Source of the DNA: Polyangiaceae bacterium
GTDB taxonomy: Bacteria; Myxococcota_A; Polyangia; Polyangiales; Polyangiaceae
Assembly: GCA_044376115.1 (NCBI GenBank)
Contig: JBILLK010000015.1
Coordinates: 1 to 64,000 of the forward strand
Direction: 5' to 3'
DNA: 64,000 bases
Below are positions 32,995 through 43,496 of the stretch, piece by piece. The notes below the pieces were generated by a model. That model was not told where the DNA came from, did not search any database, and saw only the letters and a list, made by a program, of their open reading frames with translations. Position numbers and translations under genes: made by a program. The number at the start of each line of letters is the position of its first letter. Position 1 is the stretch's first letter.

Positions 32995-33657
32995 CTAGAG
33001 GCCAACCTGAGCAAAGGTTACTGCCAGAAAGAACTCTGGGGTTTCGACGTCAATGCCACCACTCGTGCGTCCATAGAACCTAACGCCGGCAAAACCAGAT
33101 GTGATCCCCGCTGCGGCGGCCTCTTCAAGTACCTCTTGGCCATCGTCGCCAAGGGGCACGACTTGCACGAATATGCCGGTCTCACCGAGGGCCGGCGGAA
33201 CGCTGGCCGAGGCATTGTAGACGAAGGTCCGCTCCGAAACTCCGTTGTCTAGGCGAACGTCATACCCTGAGACGAAAATGTTCGACGTCTCGACGTCGTT
33301 GAAGTTCGCGTCGTTATTAAGTGAAGGCTCCATCGCGTTGACGAGGAGCACGCCAACGTACAGACCTTCATGGCAGGCGGTGGTGAACTCGCCTTCCACT
33401 TCGACTACCTCGCAGGCGAGCAATGGATCTGAGTCGGGGCAAGCGATGCTGAGATCGCTGCATCGGGCGTAACCAACGTTGACCGATGGAATGTAGAGGT
33501 CCTCGCACTCAAGTGTTCCATCCCCTTTCTTGATGCAGGTGCGGTCGACGTAAAAGCGCCCCTCGGCCTCGACGCACCCTGCAGCAGAGAATGAAATTGC
33601 ACCGCAGGCAACGAGGGCAGCTGGAACGAAATGACGCAATAGACCCGAGCGAGACAT
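32995..33657 (-). CDS. Hypothetical lipoprotein
   Basis: Signal peptide ending AAGC, a Cys-containing N-terminal part and GGAGG upstream. Confidence 0.7.
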   Translation of the reverse strand: MSRSGLLRHFVPAALVACGAISFSAAGCVEAEGRFYVDRTCIKKGDGTLECEDLYIPSVNVGYARCSDLSIACPDSDPLLACEVVEVEGEFTTACHEGLYVGVLLVNAMEPSLNNDANFNDVETSNIFVSGYDVRLDNGVSERTFVYNASASVPPALGETGIFVQVVPLGDDGQEVLEEAAAAGITSGFAGVRFYGRTSGGIDVETPEFFLAVTFAQVGL

Positions 33658-33773
33658 GGTTCCTCCAAAATCCTGAAGCGCGAAGCTCCACCATTGAACC
33701 AGTGAAGCGTGCAGGGCGCAAACTTTCGGCTAGTGCACGATTGCTGGAGGAGGCTCTGCTAAGGGCTACCACG

Positions 33774-35045
33774 ATGTCCCACCATCGGCTTAGTAAGGCC
33801 CGCGGCGCTCGCAAGATCCCCGTACGGTATGGGCGGACCACAGACTCTACTGAACTCGCTGAGGCGATTCGTGCACACAAGAAAGGGAACTACGAACAGG
33901 CGCTCCAGCTCTATGGGAGACTGCTAGCGGTTCACCCAGAGAACCTCGACGCGCAGATGAACCTCGCCGCATTGTTGGTCTTGTGCGGGGACTCGCACGG
34001 AGCTTCTGAGGCGTTTGCTAAGGCATCCAAGCTGAGCGGGACCAACGCGCGGGCTCATCGCGAACGAGGTTTTGGCTTGCTGGTCATTGGCCAAGCTGAG
34101 GAGGCTTTGCGAGCCCTTCGTGGCGCGCTCGAACTTGATCCGACCATGATGGGTGCTCGGTTAGCGCTTGTAGAGGAGCTGTTCGAGCAGGGGGAGCACG
34201 AGCAGGCAATCCGAGAAGCCGAGCACAGCGAGCAAATTCAACCACAAGCGGCTGGTACGCACTTTGTGCTGCACAAGGTGCTGTTCTCGATAGACCCGGC
34301 GCGCTCGAGAAACGCGCTCGAGCGCGCCGTTGAGCTCGACCCCGGGTGGGCGCACGCACGCTTCGCGTTGGCCTGCGGGTTGGCCTTCGAGGGCGCGGTC
34401 GAGCAGGCCGAGGCGACCCTTGCACAAGGGACCGTCGTTGCGACGCTAGGGGATATCGTGAACTACATCGCCGGAGCGAGCCGCCCCATCCGCGCCTTCG
34501 CGAGCCGCGCCGCTACGCTTCAATTCGCTTGTAGCCAGCGTGAGCTGGCAGGACCGTGCTTCGAGTTCGGCGTTCGACACGGGCTGAGCACGAGGCTACT
34601 GGCGGCGGCGTTGAACCAAGACCTGCACGCGTTCGATTCATTCGAGGGCCTGCCGGAGGCCTGGCAAGGTCTACCAAGATTTGCCTTCTCTACTGGTGGG
34701 GCGCCCCCGGACTTGCCACCGTCGGTTACCGTCCACAAAGGCTGGTTCAGCGAGACGCTCCCCCGTTTCCTGGAGCACGAGACGTCGCCTCCAAGCCTCA
34801 TTCACGTCGACTCGGACTTGTATTCGAGCGCCAAGACCGTCTTGGACGCCCTCGCCCCGCGGCTCGTAGCGGGAACGATCCTCGTGTTCGACGAGTACAT
34901 CGCCAACGCCTCATGGCGCGAGGACGAGTACCGCGCCTTTCAAGAGACGGTGCAAGTTCACGACCTGCAGTACAACTACCTCGCGCTCAACTGGTACACC
35001 GGCCAGGCGGTTATCCGCATCTCGTCAGGTGCTTCGGGAGAGTGA
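33774..35045 (+). CDS. TPR-repeat protein fused to a class I SAM methyltransferase (TylF-like)
   Basis: TPR helices followed by EFGV..G.S, FDSFEGLPE, KGWFSETL, HVDSDLYSS and VFDEY. Start is uncertain. Confidence 0.85.
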   Translation: MSHHRLSKARGARKIPVRYGRTTDSTELAEAIRAHKKGNYEQALQLYGRLLAVHPENLDAQMNLAALLVLCGDSHGASEAFAKASKLSGTNARAHRERGFGLLVIGQAEEALRALRGALELDPTMMGARLALVEELFEQGEHEQAIREAEHSEQIQPQAAGTHFVLHKVLFSIDPARSRNALERAVELDPGWAHARFALACGLAFEGAVEQAEATLAQGTVVATLGDIVNYIAGASRPIRAFASRAATLQFACSQRELAGPCFEFGVRHGLSTRLLAAALNQDLHAFDSFEGLPEAWQGLPRFAFSTGGAPPDLPPSVTVHKGWFSETLPRFLEHETSPPSLIHVDSDLYSSAKTVLDALAPRLVAGTILVFDEYIANASWREDEYRAFQETVQVHDLQYNYLALNWYTGQAVIRISSGASGE

Positions 35046-35159
35046 CCCGCGAGACCAAGCCCCGGACCGACGTTTGGACGTGACTCTTCATCAGTGACTT
35101 GACGGCTTCGCCCGACGAGGCGAAGGTCTTGCGTCCGTAAAGATGGGTACACCCAAATA

Positions 35160-35249
35160 GGAGGGGTGTCCGAGTGGTCTAAGGAACCGGTTTTGAAAAC
35201 CGGCGATGGGGTAACCCATCCAAGAGTTCGAATCTCTTCCCCTCCGCCA
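35160..35249 (+). tRNA. tRNA-Ser (anticodon TGA)
   Basis: Acceptor stem GGAGGGG/CCCCTCC plus GCCA, anticodon arm CCGGT-TTTGAAA-ACCGG, long variable arm and T-arm AAGAG-TTCGAAT-CTCTT. Confidence 0.95.
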
Positions 35250-35452
35250 AAATCCGCGACCGCAACGCGCAATTTTTCGAGAGTCCTATAGTCGTTCGTG
35301 AGTCGCTCCAGAGCGACCAGGACCTCTCAGGTTGGCGGCTTTCGCGTGGGATTGTTGCATCGCGGTGCATCTCTCGACGTCACAACAGACGCTCGTCTGC
35401 TGCGGTTGCCCAAAAGCGACTTAGCTGCTAGGAATCTCATCCAAGATAACGG

Positions 35453-36040
35453 ATGGAAGCTGAATCCTGCGCCTCACGTGCTGTGTATCCGGTGTTTCTC
35501 CGGCTTGAAGGTGCACGGGTGGTGGTCGTGGGCGCTGGGCCGGTAGCGGCAAGCAAACTTGAGGGGTTGTTGAGTGCTGGCGCACGCGTCACGCTGGTTG
35601 CGCCGGACATTGATCCACGCTGCTTGATGGAGGGTGTGACCGTTGAGCAGCGCGCATACCAGCAAGGAGATCTCGCAGGCGCCCGATTTGTGGTTGCGGC
35701 GGCCCCAAAAGAGGTCAACCGGGCGGTCGCGACCGAGGCCAACTCGCTAGGCATTCCCGCGAACGTAGTGGACGATCTCGAGCTAGCGACTGCCTATCTC
35801 GGCGGCGTCGTTCGGCGTGGGGGCGTCACCTTTGCGATCTCGACGGGCGGTGCAGCGCCAGCACTGGCCGGTCTGCTCCGTGAAGCACTCGACCTTTTGC
35901 TTCCCGCCGACCTTGACGAGTGGATCCAACTCGCACGTCAGCAGCGTTCTCAGTGGAAGGACGCAGCGCTCGATCTAACGGCACGACGCGAAAAACTACG
36001 CCAGGCGTTGATTGCAACTGCACCGAAAGGCGACGTCTGA
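35453..36040 (+). CDS. Precorrin-2 dehydrogenase/sirohydrochlorin ferrochelatase (CysG N-terminal module)
   Basis: YPVFLRL, VVGAGPVAASK, NVVDD and ISTGGAAPALA. Confidence 0.9.
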   Translation: MEAESCASRAVYPVFLRLEGARVVVVGAGPVAASKLEGLLSAGARVTLVAPDIDPRCLMEGVTVEQRAYQQGDLAGARFVVAAAPKEVNRAVATEANSLGIPANVVDDLELATAYLGGVVRRGGVTFAISTGGAAPALAGLLREALDLLLPADLDEWIQLARQQRSQWKDAALDLTARREKLRQALIATAPKGDV

Positions 36041-36792
36041 TGAGTACCGTTGTTGCCTTGGTGGGGGCTGGCCCAGGGGATCCGGAGTTGCTCACACGGC
36101 GCGCACTTGACCGCCTCTCCAAAGCCGATCTCGTGCTCAACGACGCACTCGTGCCCGAGGTGCTCTTGGAGTTGGCCCCCAAAGCACGACGGTTCTTCGT
36201 TGGAAAGCGCGCTGGCAGACACTCGCTTGAGCAAACCACCATTCATCGCATCATGATTCGAGCGGCCAAACGCGGTGAGCGCGTAGTGCGACTCAAGGCT
36301 GGGGACCCCTTCGTCTTCGGGCGAGGCGGTGAGGAGGCGATTGCGCTGCTTGCTGCCGGGTTGCAGTTTGAGGTCATCCCGGGAGTGAGCTCGGCTTTGG
36401 CCGGCCCTGCCCTCGCTGGGATCCCCGTGACCCATCGCGGGCTGGCCAGTGGTTTCGTCGTAGTGAGCGGACATGCACCAACTGCGTGGCAGCCCGTTCT
36501 TGCCGGATTGAGCGCGGCTAGTGTCACCATCGTCGTGCTCATGGGAATGGCCGCGCGCCAAGACATTGCTCACTTCCTAATGGAACGTGGCTTCTCAGCG
36601 ACAACCCCCGTAGCCATCGTTTGCTCCGCCTCGCAGCCTGAGCAAACGCGCTGGTTGGGTACGCTGAACTGTCTAGCCCACGCCGAGCTCGCACATCATG
36701 ATGGCCCGGGAGTGCTGGTCATTGGGCAAGTCGTAGAACTCGCAAAGACCCTAAGTCCTTGTGAGCCAATCACCTTGGCTGCATTGGGCTGA
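36040..36792 (+). CDS. cobA: Uroporphyrinogen-III C-methyltransferase
   Basis: VGAGPGDPELLT and RLKAGDPFVFGRGGEE; TGATG coupling to the upstream gene. Confidence 0.93.
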   Translation: MSTVVALVGAGPGDPELLTRRALDRLSKADLVLNDALVPEVLLELAPKARRFFVGKRAGRHSLEQTTIHRIMIRAAKRGERVVRLKAGDPFVFGRGGEEAIALLAAGLQFEVIPGVSSALAGPALAGIPVTHRGLASGFVVVSGHAPTAWQPVLAGLSAASVTIVVLMGMAARQDIAHFLMERGFSATTPVAIVCSASQPEQTRWLGTLNCLAHAELAHHDGPGVLVIGQVVELAKTLSPCEPITLAALG

Positions 36793-36795
36793 CAC

Positions 36796-38934
36796 TCAAT
36801 CTTCTTCTTTCGCGGCTGGCTCAAGTTCCGCCACGATCGGCTCGATAGCGCGCCGCGAGGCGACCGGTACCACTTCGTTTGGAGCGTCGAGTAGCCGAAA
36901 GATCGCGATGCGGAAGGCCTCGGGCAACGCGTTCTCGAGGTACTCGAGTGCTAGCGGTCGCCGGGCAGCGTCGTTCTTTGACAACGCGTCAAAAGCAAGG
37001 TCGACGGGGCGTGCGGGCAATCGCAGGGTCAGCAGGTCGAACACGATCCGCAACTGCTCCATCGTTGAGGACACACCTTCACGCGCGAGCTCGCGCGCGA
37101 TGACTGAGTCGATCGCCTCAACAGCCGGACTAAGCTCTCGCTGCGCGAGTTTCCGCAATACTTTCGCAGCGCGACCGCGCAGCTCCTCGTCCTCATCGGA
37201 TAGGACCTCCATCAAGGTAGGGAGCACCCGCGGAGTCGTCGCCGAAGCCATCACCCCAATGATCCTCCGCCGCAGCGTTGTACGTAGAGCGCGGTCGAGC
37301 AGAAGGTCCGAAAGCGCACCAACGTGGCGATCGACCGTAGCCTCCAGAGTGCGCCTGGCTAGGCCGGCTAGTTGTTGATGATCGAGCAATTCGACCACCG
37401 CCGAGAGCGCGCTTCGGTCTTGTCCAGCCCAACGCGTGAGCGCGGCACGAACTCGTGTGCTGTCCGCATCCCGCAACTCCTCGAGCAGGCTTCGCTCCGC
37501 ACTTTCAAGCTTGATCACCGGTGCGGCGCGAAGCGTCCCGCTCGGAGCAATCGCTAGGCTGCCTCGTTCGGCCAACGCCATCCCGAAGGACGTTTTCGAG
37601 AGTCGCTCACGCGCTGCAGGGCTGGCCGCCGAAAGTGTGAGCTGCATCGTTTTTGCGGCGAGAACCTCCGAGAAGATGGCCGGCTCAAAATCCGTTTCAT
37701 TTTCCTCGGAGGCCTCGTGAAGTCGCGCCGTCACAGCGCCAAGATATCCGCGGCGCAAGCGCGGAATGAGCGCAACCGCGGCGAGGGCGAGCCCAGCGAT
37801 TCCGCCAGCTACTACTCGCGGTGAGTTCACGACCAGAATCAACGCCAAGAGCAGTACGGCCGCAGCTCCCTCCGCAACGCGGTCGAGCAGCGTATCAAAC
37901 ACCGCTCGCGTCCGCCGTTTATCGAGACTGGTGAGCGGAACGAACAGAAGCTCGTAGGCAGCCTTGTGGGCAGAATTCTTGAGCGCGGTCTCGCCGCCGC
38001 GCAGCACCGCCACCACGATCAGCAACGGGTAGAAAATGCTGAACGTTGCCACGACGACGAGGAAACAAGGCAGCACCGCGAGGGTCGCCGCAAGCCCTCG
38101 CCGCTCCAACATCGGCTGCGCGACGAGGAGCTGTGAGGCCAGGGTAACGCCCGCCACTACACCGTGAAACGTTACAAAGAACTGCGCCAGCCCACTTGCA
38201 TTTGAGTAGCGCGCTAGCGCAACGCCCTTGAGTGAATAGTCGGCGAACGCTCCGGCGATCGCGAGCAAGAACACAAACGCTGCAACGCCCGAGAGGTACT
38301 CCGACTTTGCAATGCCACGCACGCCAGCCCACAGCCCTGCGCCTTCAGTCGGCCCAGCAGGACGAGCAACGACGACCTGCGCGGATGGGCGCATCGTCCA
38401 CAAGAGTGCGCTGGTCACACAGTTGAGCACGGCGACCAACGGGAGCAGGGCGGACGGCCCGAGTGATGATAGAAGCACGCTCGAAAGCAGCGCCCCAGCG
38501 AGGCCCCCAACCGAGCTTGTTAGCGTCAACGACGGCAGCGCCAATCTTGCCGAACGGACGTCGGTGGACTCTGAGAACAGCGACCAAAACGCGCTCAGAA
38601 CCAGACTCGCACCGACGCCAAGGAGCAGATACAGCGCAGCCACCAGCGGCCGACTCTGGCTATCGCGAGCAAGGATTGCTGAGCCACCGAACAAGAGGGC
38701 GAAAAATGCCGGCAGCAACGGGCCTACCGTCGCGAGCGCGTAGCGCGCTACAAGACGCGTGTAGACGCTGACCAACAGGGCGCTGGCCAAACCCGTAGCA
38801 ATCAGTGCGTAGGGCAACCAATCAAGCGGAAAGACCGAGACGAACAACGTGTCCCGGGTGGCTTTCGCGACTGTAAGCGCTGCCACGCTCGTCGCCGCGG
38901 CCAGCATCGCGATCCGGAGCCCGCGAGCCTTCAC
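36796..38934 (-). CDS. Npt/TLC-like MFS transporter with C-terminal HEAT-like repeats
   Basis: AKATRDTLF, about 12 TM segments, AYELLFVPL..KRR and a helical C-terminus ending ALEYLEN. Confidence 0.75.
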   Translation of the reverse strand: MKARGLRIAMLAAATSVAALTVAKATRDTLFVSVFPLDWLPYALIATGLASALLVSVYTRLVARYALATVGPLLPAFFALLFGGSAILARDSQSRPLVAALYLLLGVGASLVLSAFWSLFSESTDVRSARLALPSLTLTSSVGGLAGALLSSVLLSSLGPSALLPLVAVLNCVTSALLWTMRPSAQVVVARPAGPTEGAGLWAGVRGIAKSEYLSGVAAFVFLLAIAGAFADYSLKGVALARYSNASGLAQFFVTFHGVVAGVTLASQLLVAQPMLERRGLAATLAVLPCFLVVVATFSIFYPLLIVVAVLRGGETALKNSAHKAAYELLFVPLTSLDKRRTRAVFDTLLDRVAEGAAAVLLLALILVVNSPRVVAGGIAGLALAAVALIPRLRRGYLGAVTARLHEASEENETDFEPAIFSEVLAAKTMQLTLSAASPAARERLSKTSFGMALAERGSLAIAPSGTLRAAPVIKLESAERSLLEELRDADSTRVRAALTRWAGQDRSALSAVVELLDHQQLAGLARRTLEATVDRHVGALSDLLLDRALRTTLRRRIIGVMASATTPRVLPTLMEVLSDEDEELRGRAAKVLRKLAQRELSPAVEAIDSVIARELAREGVSSTMEQLRIVFDLLTLRLPARPVDLAFDALSKNDAARRPLALEYLENALPEAFRIAIFRLLDAPNEVVPVASRRAIEPIVAELEPAAKEED

Positions 38935-40223
38935 CAGAAGCCGTAACCAAAGTGCAAACGAATGGCCGGTTGCGCGGAAGCATCGGGCAGGATGTTGATC
39001 ACCAAAGGCGTTCCAAAACCGAACAAGAACCGACTGAGTTCGATATCCAGCTCTGGCTCCAGCGCGAGAAAGGCACCATAAGCCGTTGATCTCGCCTCTG
39101 GGAAATAGAGCAAAGCGGCGCCAAAGTGCAGCGACTGAACGAACCGAACGGCTGGCGTGTTGGTCATGAAACGAACCCCAGCTCCGACCTGGCTCGTAGA
39201 AAATGGCAGCTGCGAACTCAGATTGACGACCTGATTGTCTGGCGTTCGAGCGTTGTCGGCGTCTACGAAACCCTGGATATACCGGATGTCGATACCAACG
39301 CTGTTGGCTACCTGGTAGCCGCCGATAACGTCAAAGCCGCCGAAGGGAGCTGATTTTGCGCCGGCGAACGCGCCGAAGAGGCCACCAATCTCAGCGTAGA
39401 TTCCGCGAATCGGCGGTCGTTCGACCTCGTCTGGCCCGCGAGGCGTTCCGTCGCCTATTTGCACGAAGCCGTTGCCAGTGATGACGACCTTGGTCTCCGC
39501 CGCCGCAACGATTGGTACGCTCAGACTGTAGCGGTCACCATCTCGCTCAATCACCAGCAGGTGCGTTCCAGCCTCCAGCCGGCCTTGATAGCGCCCTTCG
39601 CCTTTTGCGACGCCGTCAATGGTCACGCTGACCTGCTCATCGGGAGCTTCCACCTTGAGCATCCCTGAGGTCGGGACCAACGTCAGGACAATCGACTTCT
39701 GCTCCCCGCTGGCGATACGCAAAGCTGCGCGGGCCTCGGCGTACCCTTCTGCGCGCGCCACGACGGTGTGGCTGCCTGGACTTACGCTGGTCTTTGCTTG
39801 CAGCGGCAGCTCGCCACCATCCAAGGTCAAACTGAATGGAACTCCGGCGGGCTCGACGCGGACAACCAGAACAGCGAGCAGCTCTCGCAACTCGCTGATT
39901 GCACGCTCGATCTTCTCTGGGGACTCAATTGAATCCCGGTGGTCTCGAAGTGCGCGCTCAAGATACTCAACCGCGCGCGGATACTCGAAGCGGCCCTTGT
40001 GGCAGAGCGCTAGGTTGATCAGTGGGCTAGCGACCTTCTTCTCGGCGTAGGCCAGCTCGAACTCAGTGAGAGCCGCATCGTAGTTGCGGTCCTCGAACAA
40101 CCTCACGCCCAGGTCCATGTGGCGCTCGTACGAACCTGGAGCGGACTCTTGTGCAGGCGCCAGACTCGGTAGCGCCAAAGCAAGCAGCAAGCCCGCTCTA
40201 CTTATGCTGGATCTGAAGATCAC
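38931..40223 (-). CDS. Secreted TPR + PEGA-domain protein with possible C-terminal beta-barrel
   Basis: Signal peptide (LALPSLAPAQ), a TPR region (GVRLFEDRNYDAAL), PGSHTVVARAEGY and the ending FGYGFW. Confidence 0.78.
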   Translation of the reverse strand: MIFRSSISRAGLLLALALPSLAPAQESAPGSYERHMDLGVRLFEDRNYDAALTEFELAYAEKKVASPLINLALCHKGRFEYPRAVEYLERALRDHRDSIESPEKIERAISELRELLAVLVVRVEPAGVPFSLTLDGGELPLQAKTSVSPGSHTVVARAEGYAEARAALRIASGEQKSIVLTLVPTSGMLKVEAPDEQVSVTIDGVAKGEGRYQGRLEAGTHLLVIERDGDRYSLSVPIVAAAETKVVITGNGFVQIGDGTPRGPDEVERPPIRGIYAEIGGLFGAFAGAKSAPFGGFDVIGGYQVANSVGIDIRYIQGFVDADNARTPDNQVVNLSSQLPFSTSQVGAGVRFMTNTPAVRFVQSLHFGAALLYFPEARSTAYGAFLALEPELDIELSRFLFGFGTPLVINILPDASAQPAIRLHFGYGFW

Positions 40224-41574
40224 CCGCGACTCCTTTGGGAGCAGCCGTTGCGCTTGGAACCGCGGCGCTGACAACAGGTGCCGCTGAGGTAGCACTTGCC
40301 TTGACGGAAACACTCGGTCGAGGCGGTTCCTTGGCGGCTGGCACAGCCGCTGAGACAACAGCAGAGGCGTTCGTCGATACCGACGGACTTGCCCCTGGCA
40401 ACTCGACGCTGGGCTGCGCGGACACAGGCGCGACGACCGGCGTGGGCTTCGGAACTGAGGCTGCGCCAGCACCGACCTCGCTGGCGGCCGCACCGGTAGC
40501 GGAAGGCGTTGGTTGCTCATTGGGCGAGCCCATGCCCCAAACAACGAACGCGCCCGAACACACGAGCGCTCCCAACCCGATCGGCAGCGTGTACTTCGAG
40601 CGCGGCGCGCTGGTCGAAGCAGCAAGGTCCACGCGAGCAGGAGCCTCCAAGGTGGGCGTGAGCGCCATCGGGTTCACCGATTGAATCCGAACGGCTCCGC
40701 TTGATGCGGGACCATCCCCAAGCGCCGCCAAGACCTCCGCCGCGGAGGCAAATCGAGCGTCACGCTCACGCGCCAAACAGCGTTCCACAACCTCGACAAG
40801 CCGTGGCGAAGTGTTCGGTGCGAGCTCACGAATCGACCGCGGAGAGGTTGTGCAAATGCGAACGATGATCTGCTCGTAGGTGACACCCTCAAACGGTGGT
40901 CGCCCACCAAGGCACTCGTACAAGATGGCCCCCACCGACCAGAGGTCGCTCCGCGCATCCACAGCGGCCTCGCCCTGGGCCTGCTCGGGCGACATATAGC
41001 TCGGCGTTCCCAAGACCGTACCTTCACGAGTCAGCGTGGTTGTGGTCCGCGTGCGCTCAATCTTGCTGATGCCAAAGTCGAGGATCTTCGCAAAGGTTGG
41101 CTCGGGCTGACGGTCAACCAAGAAGATATTGTCGGGTTTGAGGTCGCGATGAACGATGCCCGCCTCGTGAGCGCGGGCCAAGCCGCGCAGTACCATCACC
41201 ATGATGCGTGTGGTTTCCTCTGAGGAAAGCCGCGGCTCGCGCTTGAGCAACGAAGCGAGCGACTCTCCGCGGAGCAGCTCCATCACGATGAATGGCACGC
41301 CGTCCTCGGTTATGCCGGAGTCGAAGATCTCGACGATGTGGGGGCTCTCCGCCGCACTTGCGGCTTGAGCCTCGCGCTGAAAACGAGCGACGGCATCGCG
41401 ATGCTTGGCCACCTCACTATCGAGCATCTTGAGCGCGACTCGCTTGCCGATGCTCGGGTTGATAGCCTCGTAGACGTTGCCCATCCCCCCGCGCCCCACG
41501 AGCCGAACCAGCTCGTACTTGCCAATGGCGCGGCCTGCCACATCCTCGGCATCATCGGTGGAGAGGTCAGACAT
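40198..41574 (-). CDS. Membrane Ser/Thr protein kinase
   Basis: GRGGMGNVY, HRDLKPDN, DFG, GTPSYMSPEQ, a TM helix and a Pro/Ala tail. Confidence 0.93.
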   Translation of the reverse strand: MSDLSTDDAEDVAGRAIGKYELVRLVGRGGMGNVYEAINPSIGKRVALKMLDSEVAKHRDAVARFQREAQAASAAESPHIVEIFDSGITEDGVPFIVMELLRGESLASLLKREPRLSSEETTRIMVMVLRGLARAHEAGIVHRDLKPDNIFLVDRQPEPTFAKILDFGISKIERTRTTTTLTREGTVLGTPSYMSPEQAQGEAAVDARSDLWSVGAILYECLGGRPPFEGVTYEQIIVRICTTSPRSIRELAPNTSPRLVEVVERCLARERDARFASAAEVLAALGDGPASSGAVRIQSVNPMALTPTLEAPARVDLAASTSAPRSKYTLPIGLGALVCSGAFVVWGMGSPNEQPTPSATGAAASEVGAGAASVPKPTPVVAPVSAQPSVELPGASPSVSTNASAVVSAAVPAAKEPPRPSVSVKASATSAAPVVSAAVPSATAAPKGVAGDLQIQHK

Positions 41575-41598
41575 CGAAGCCGAATGCTAGACTCGGGC

Positions 41599-42549
41599 TT
41601 ACGGCCCGACATCAAGAATCTTGCTTCCGGGACCTCGAGTGCTGTCGCGAACAGCCTCAGCAAACAGCGTCCGAAACCAGCGGTGAGCAGGGTCTGCTTC
41701 CAAGGTTCGGGAGTAGGCCATCTTGAAGGTGAAGTCCGCGATCGGCACCGGCGCGGGCAAGGACACCAGCTTGGCGATTTCAGTCATACGCTGCGCGAAC
41801 CCCTGTGGCAACGTCACCACGAAATCGGTCTGCGCCACGATCAGCGCCGCTGAAAGGAAGTTGGGCAATCGCAACACCACGCGACGTTCTAAACCAAACG
41901 GAGCGAGAGCCGCATCGACTGAGCCACCAGGAGCGCCGCGTGGGGTGACCAGCACGTGCTCCAGCGCGGCGTAGGCCTTGCGGGTAAGCCGGCGCCCAAG
42001 GGCTGGATGCCCGGAACGGAGCAAAACGCGCATGTTCTCGCGTTGCAACGGCTCCTCCACGATCGCGGCTTGTTGTTTGAACCGCGTGCCATACACCAGA
42101 TCCACTTCCCTCGCGATGAGCGCAGATTCCGCCTCAGCCCCCAACGCTCGCGTGACCAAGGTAGCCATGGGGGCCTCCGTGCGGAGCCGCTGCATCAGCC
42201 TGGGGACAAGCACGATTTCAGCGTAGTCGGTGCAGCCCAGCGTAAACGTGCGCTGCAACCGACTTGGGTCCAAGGGCCGTGCAGGCGTCACTAACCGCTG
42301 GGTCTCCGCAAGCAGACTATGCAAAGGTGCCAAGAGCTCCTCGGCAAACACCGTGAGCGAGAGACCACTACCGACTCGCACCAAGAGCTGGTCGGCGAAC
42401 ATAATGCGCAGTCGCCCGAGCCCATGACTTACCGCAGATTGGGTCCGGCCGGAGCGCTTGGCAGTCTTTACCGTGCTCTTGGTTTCAAGCAGGTCGCGCA
42501 ACAAGACCAACAAATTCAGATCGAGTTCCCGAAGATGCACCCCATTCAT
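41599..42549 (-). CDS. LysR-family transcriptional regulator
   Basis: LDLNLL..TQSAVSHGLGRLR HTH; divergent from the oxidoreductase gene. Confidence 0.93.
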   Translation of the reverse strand: MNGVHLRELDLNLLVLLRDLLETKSTVKTAKRSGRTQSAVSHGLGRLRIMFADQLLVRVGSGLSLTVFAEELLAPLHSLLAETQRLVTPARPLDPSRLQRTFTLGCTDYAEIVLVPRLMQRLRTEAPMATLVTRALGAEAESALIAREVDLVYGTRFKQQAAIVEEPLQRENMRVLLRSGHPALGRRLTRKAYAALEHVLVTPRGAPGGSVDAALAPFGLERRVVLRLPNFLSAALIVAQTDFVVTLPQGFAQRMTEIAKLVSLPAPVPIADFTFKMAYSRTLEADPAHRWFRTLFAEAVRDSTRGPGSKILDVGP

Positions 42550-42635
42550 TGTCTCTATTAGATCTATGCGTTTGCTCGATAGCTAGCAACGACGCACGCT
42601 GCGTTCACACACGAAGCTCAAACAAGGAGTTCATC

Positions 42636-43496
42636 ATGGCGAACACAGTTCTCGTTACGGGCGCGACTGGCACGATTGGTTCACAGGTCGTTGCAGCTTT
42701 GGCCGACCTACCCGGGGTGTCCGTGCGAGCCGCCGTCCGCGGAGAAAAGCGAGTCTCCGGTGCAAACAACGTCAGCTCGGTCGACTTCGACTACGACAAT
42801 CCGGACACACTCAAGCGAGCCGTCGAGGGTGCGAACAAGGTCTTCCTGCTAACACCCTTTGCGCCCAATCAGGTTGAACTAGCAGCACGACTGCTTGAGT
42901 TCGCCAAAGGAGCGGGCGTCCAACACATCGTAAAGTTGTCAGCGATCGGCTGCGAACATGAGCCGGGGATTCAGCTCGGGCGCTGGCACCGGGCGGTGGA
43001 GAAGCTTGTGGAAGCGTCGGGCATGGCGTTCACCTTCCTGCGGCCGAACAACTTCTTCGAGAACTTCATCAACTACTATCGAGCGCAACCCGACGGCGCG
43101 ATCTACCTACCTTGGGGAAGCGCGGGTTGCAGCTTCATCGCTGGTGCTGACATCGCTGCAGTTGCAAAACTTGCTCTCACCACTGCCGGGCACGAGGGCC
43201 AGGCGTATGAGCTGACCGGACCAGCAGCGCTGACGATCGGTCGCGCAGCGGAGATTCTCAGTGAGGTCAGTGGTCGTAAGATTCACTATGTGGACGTGCC
43301 CGAAGAGGCTGCGCGCGCTGGCATGCTTGCAGCCGGGATGCCTGACTGGATGACCGCGGCGATGATGGAGCTACACGCCATTGACAAGGCTGGCTATGCG
43401 GCCGCCGTCAGCCCGGTGGCAGAGCGCCTACTCGGCCGAGCACCCATGAGCTTTGAGGTATTCGCGAGGGAGAACGCTGCGGCCTGGAAAGAATGA
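42636..43496 (+). CDS. NmrA/atypical SDR NAD(P)H-binding oxidoreductase
   Basis: VTGATGTIG, LRPNNFFEN and YELTGP; AGGAG RBS before ATG 42636. Confidence 0.9.
   Translation: MANTVLVTGATGTIGSQVVAALADLPGVSVRAAVRGEKRVSGANNVSSVDFDYDNPDTLKRAVEGANKVFLLTPFAPNQVELAARLLEFAKGAGVQHIVKLSAIGCEHEPGIQLGRWHRAVEKLVEASGMAFTFLRPNNFFENFINYYRAQPDGAIYLPWGSAGCSFIAGADIAAVAKLALTTAGHEGQAYELTGPAALTIGRAAEILSEVSGRKIHYVDVPEEAARAGMLAAGMPDWMTAAMMELHAIDKAGYAAAVSPVAERLLGRAPMSFEVFARENAAAWKE

Noticed and set aside
35160..35249. Long-variable-arm tRNA as tRNA-Sec (selC) supporting the selenoprotein call
   Set aside because: The anticodon is TGA (reads UCA, Ser) rather than TCA, and the acceptor stem is the standard 7 bp. No Sec machinery is visible in this window.
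33591..36800. Genomic island integrated at tRNA-Ser
   Set aside because: I saw no integrase, no duplicated tRNA 3' end and no obvious compositional shift, and the downstream genes are housekeeping.
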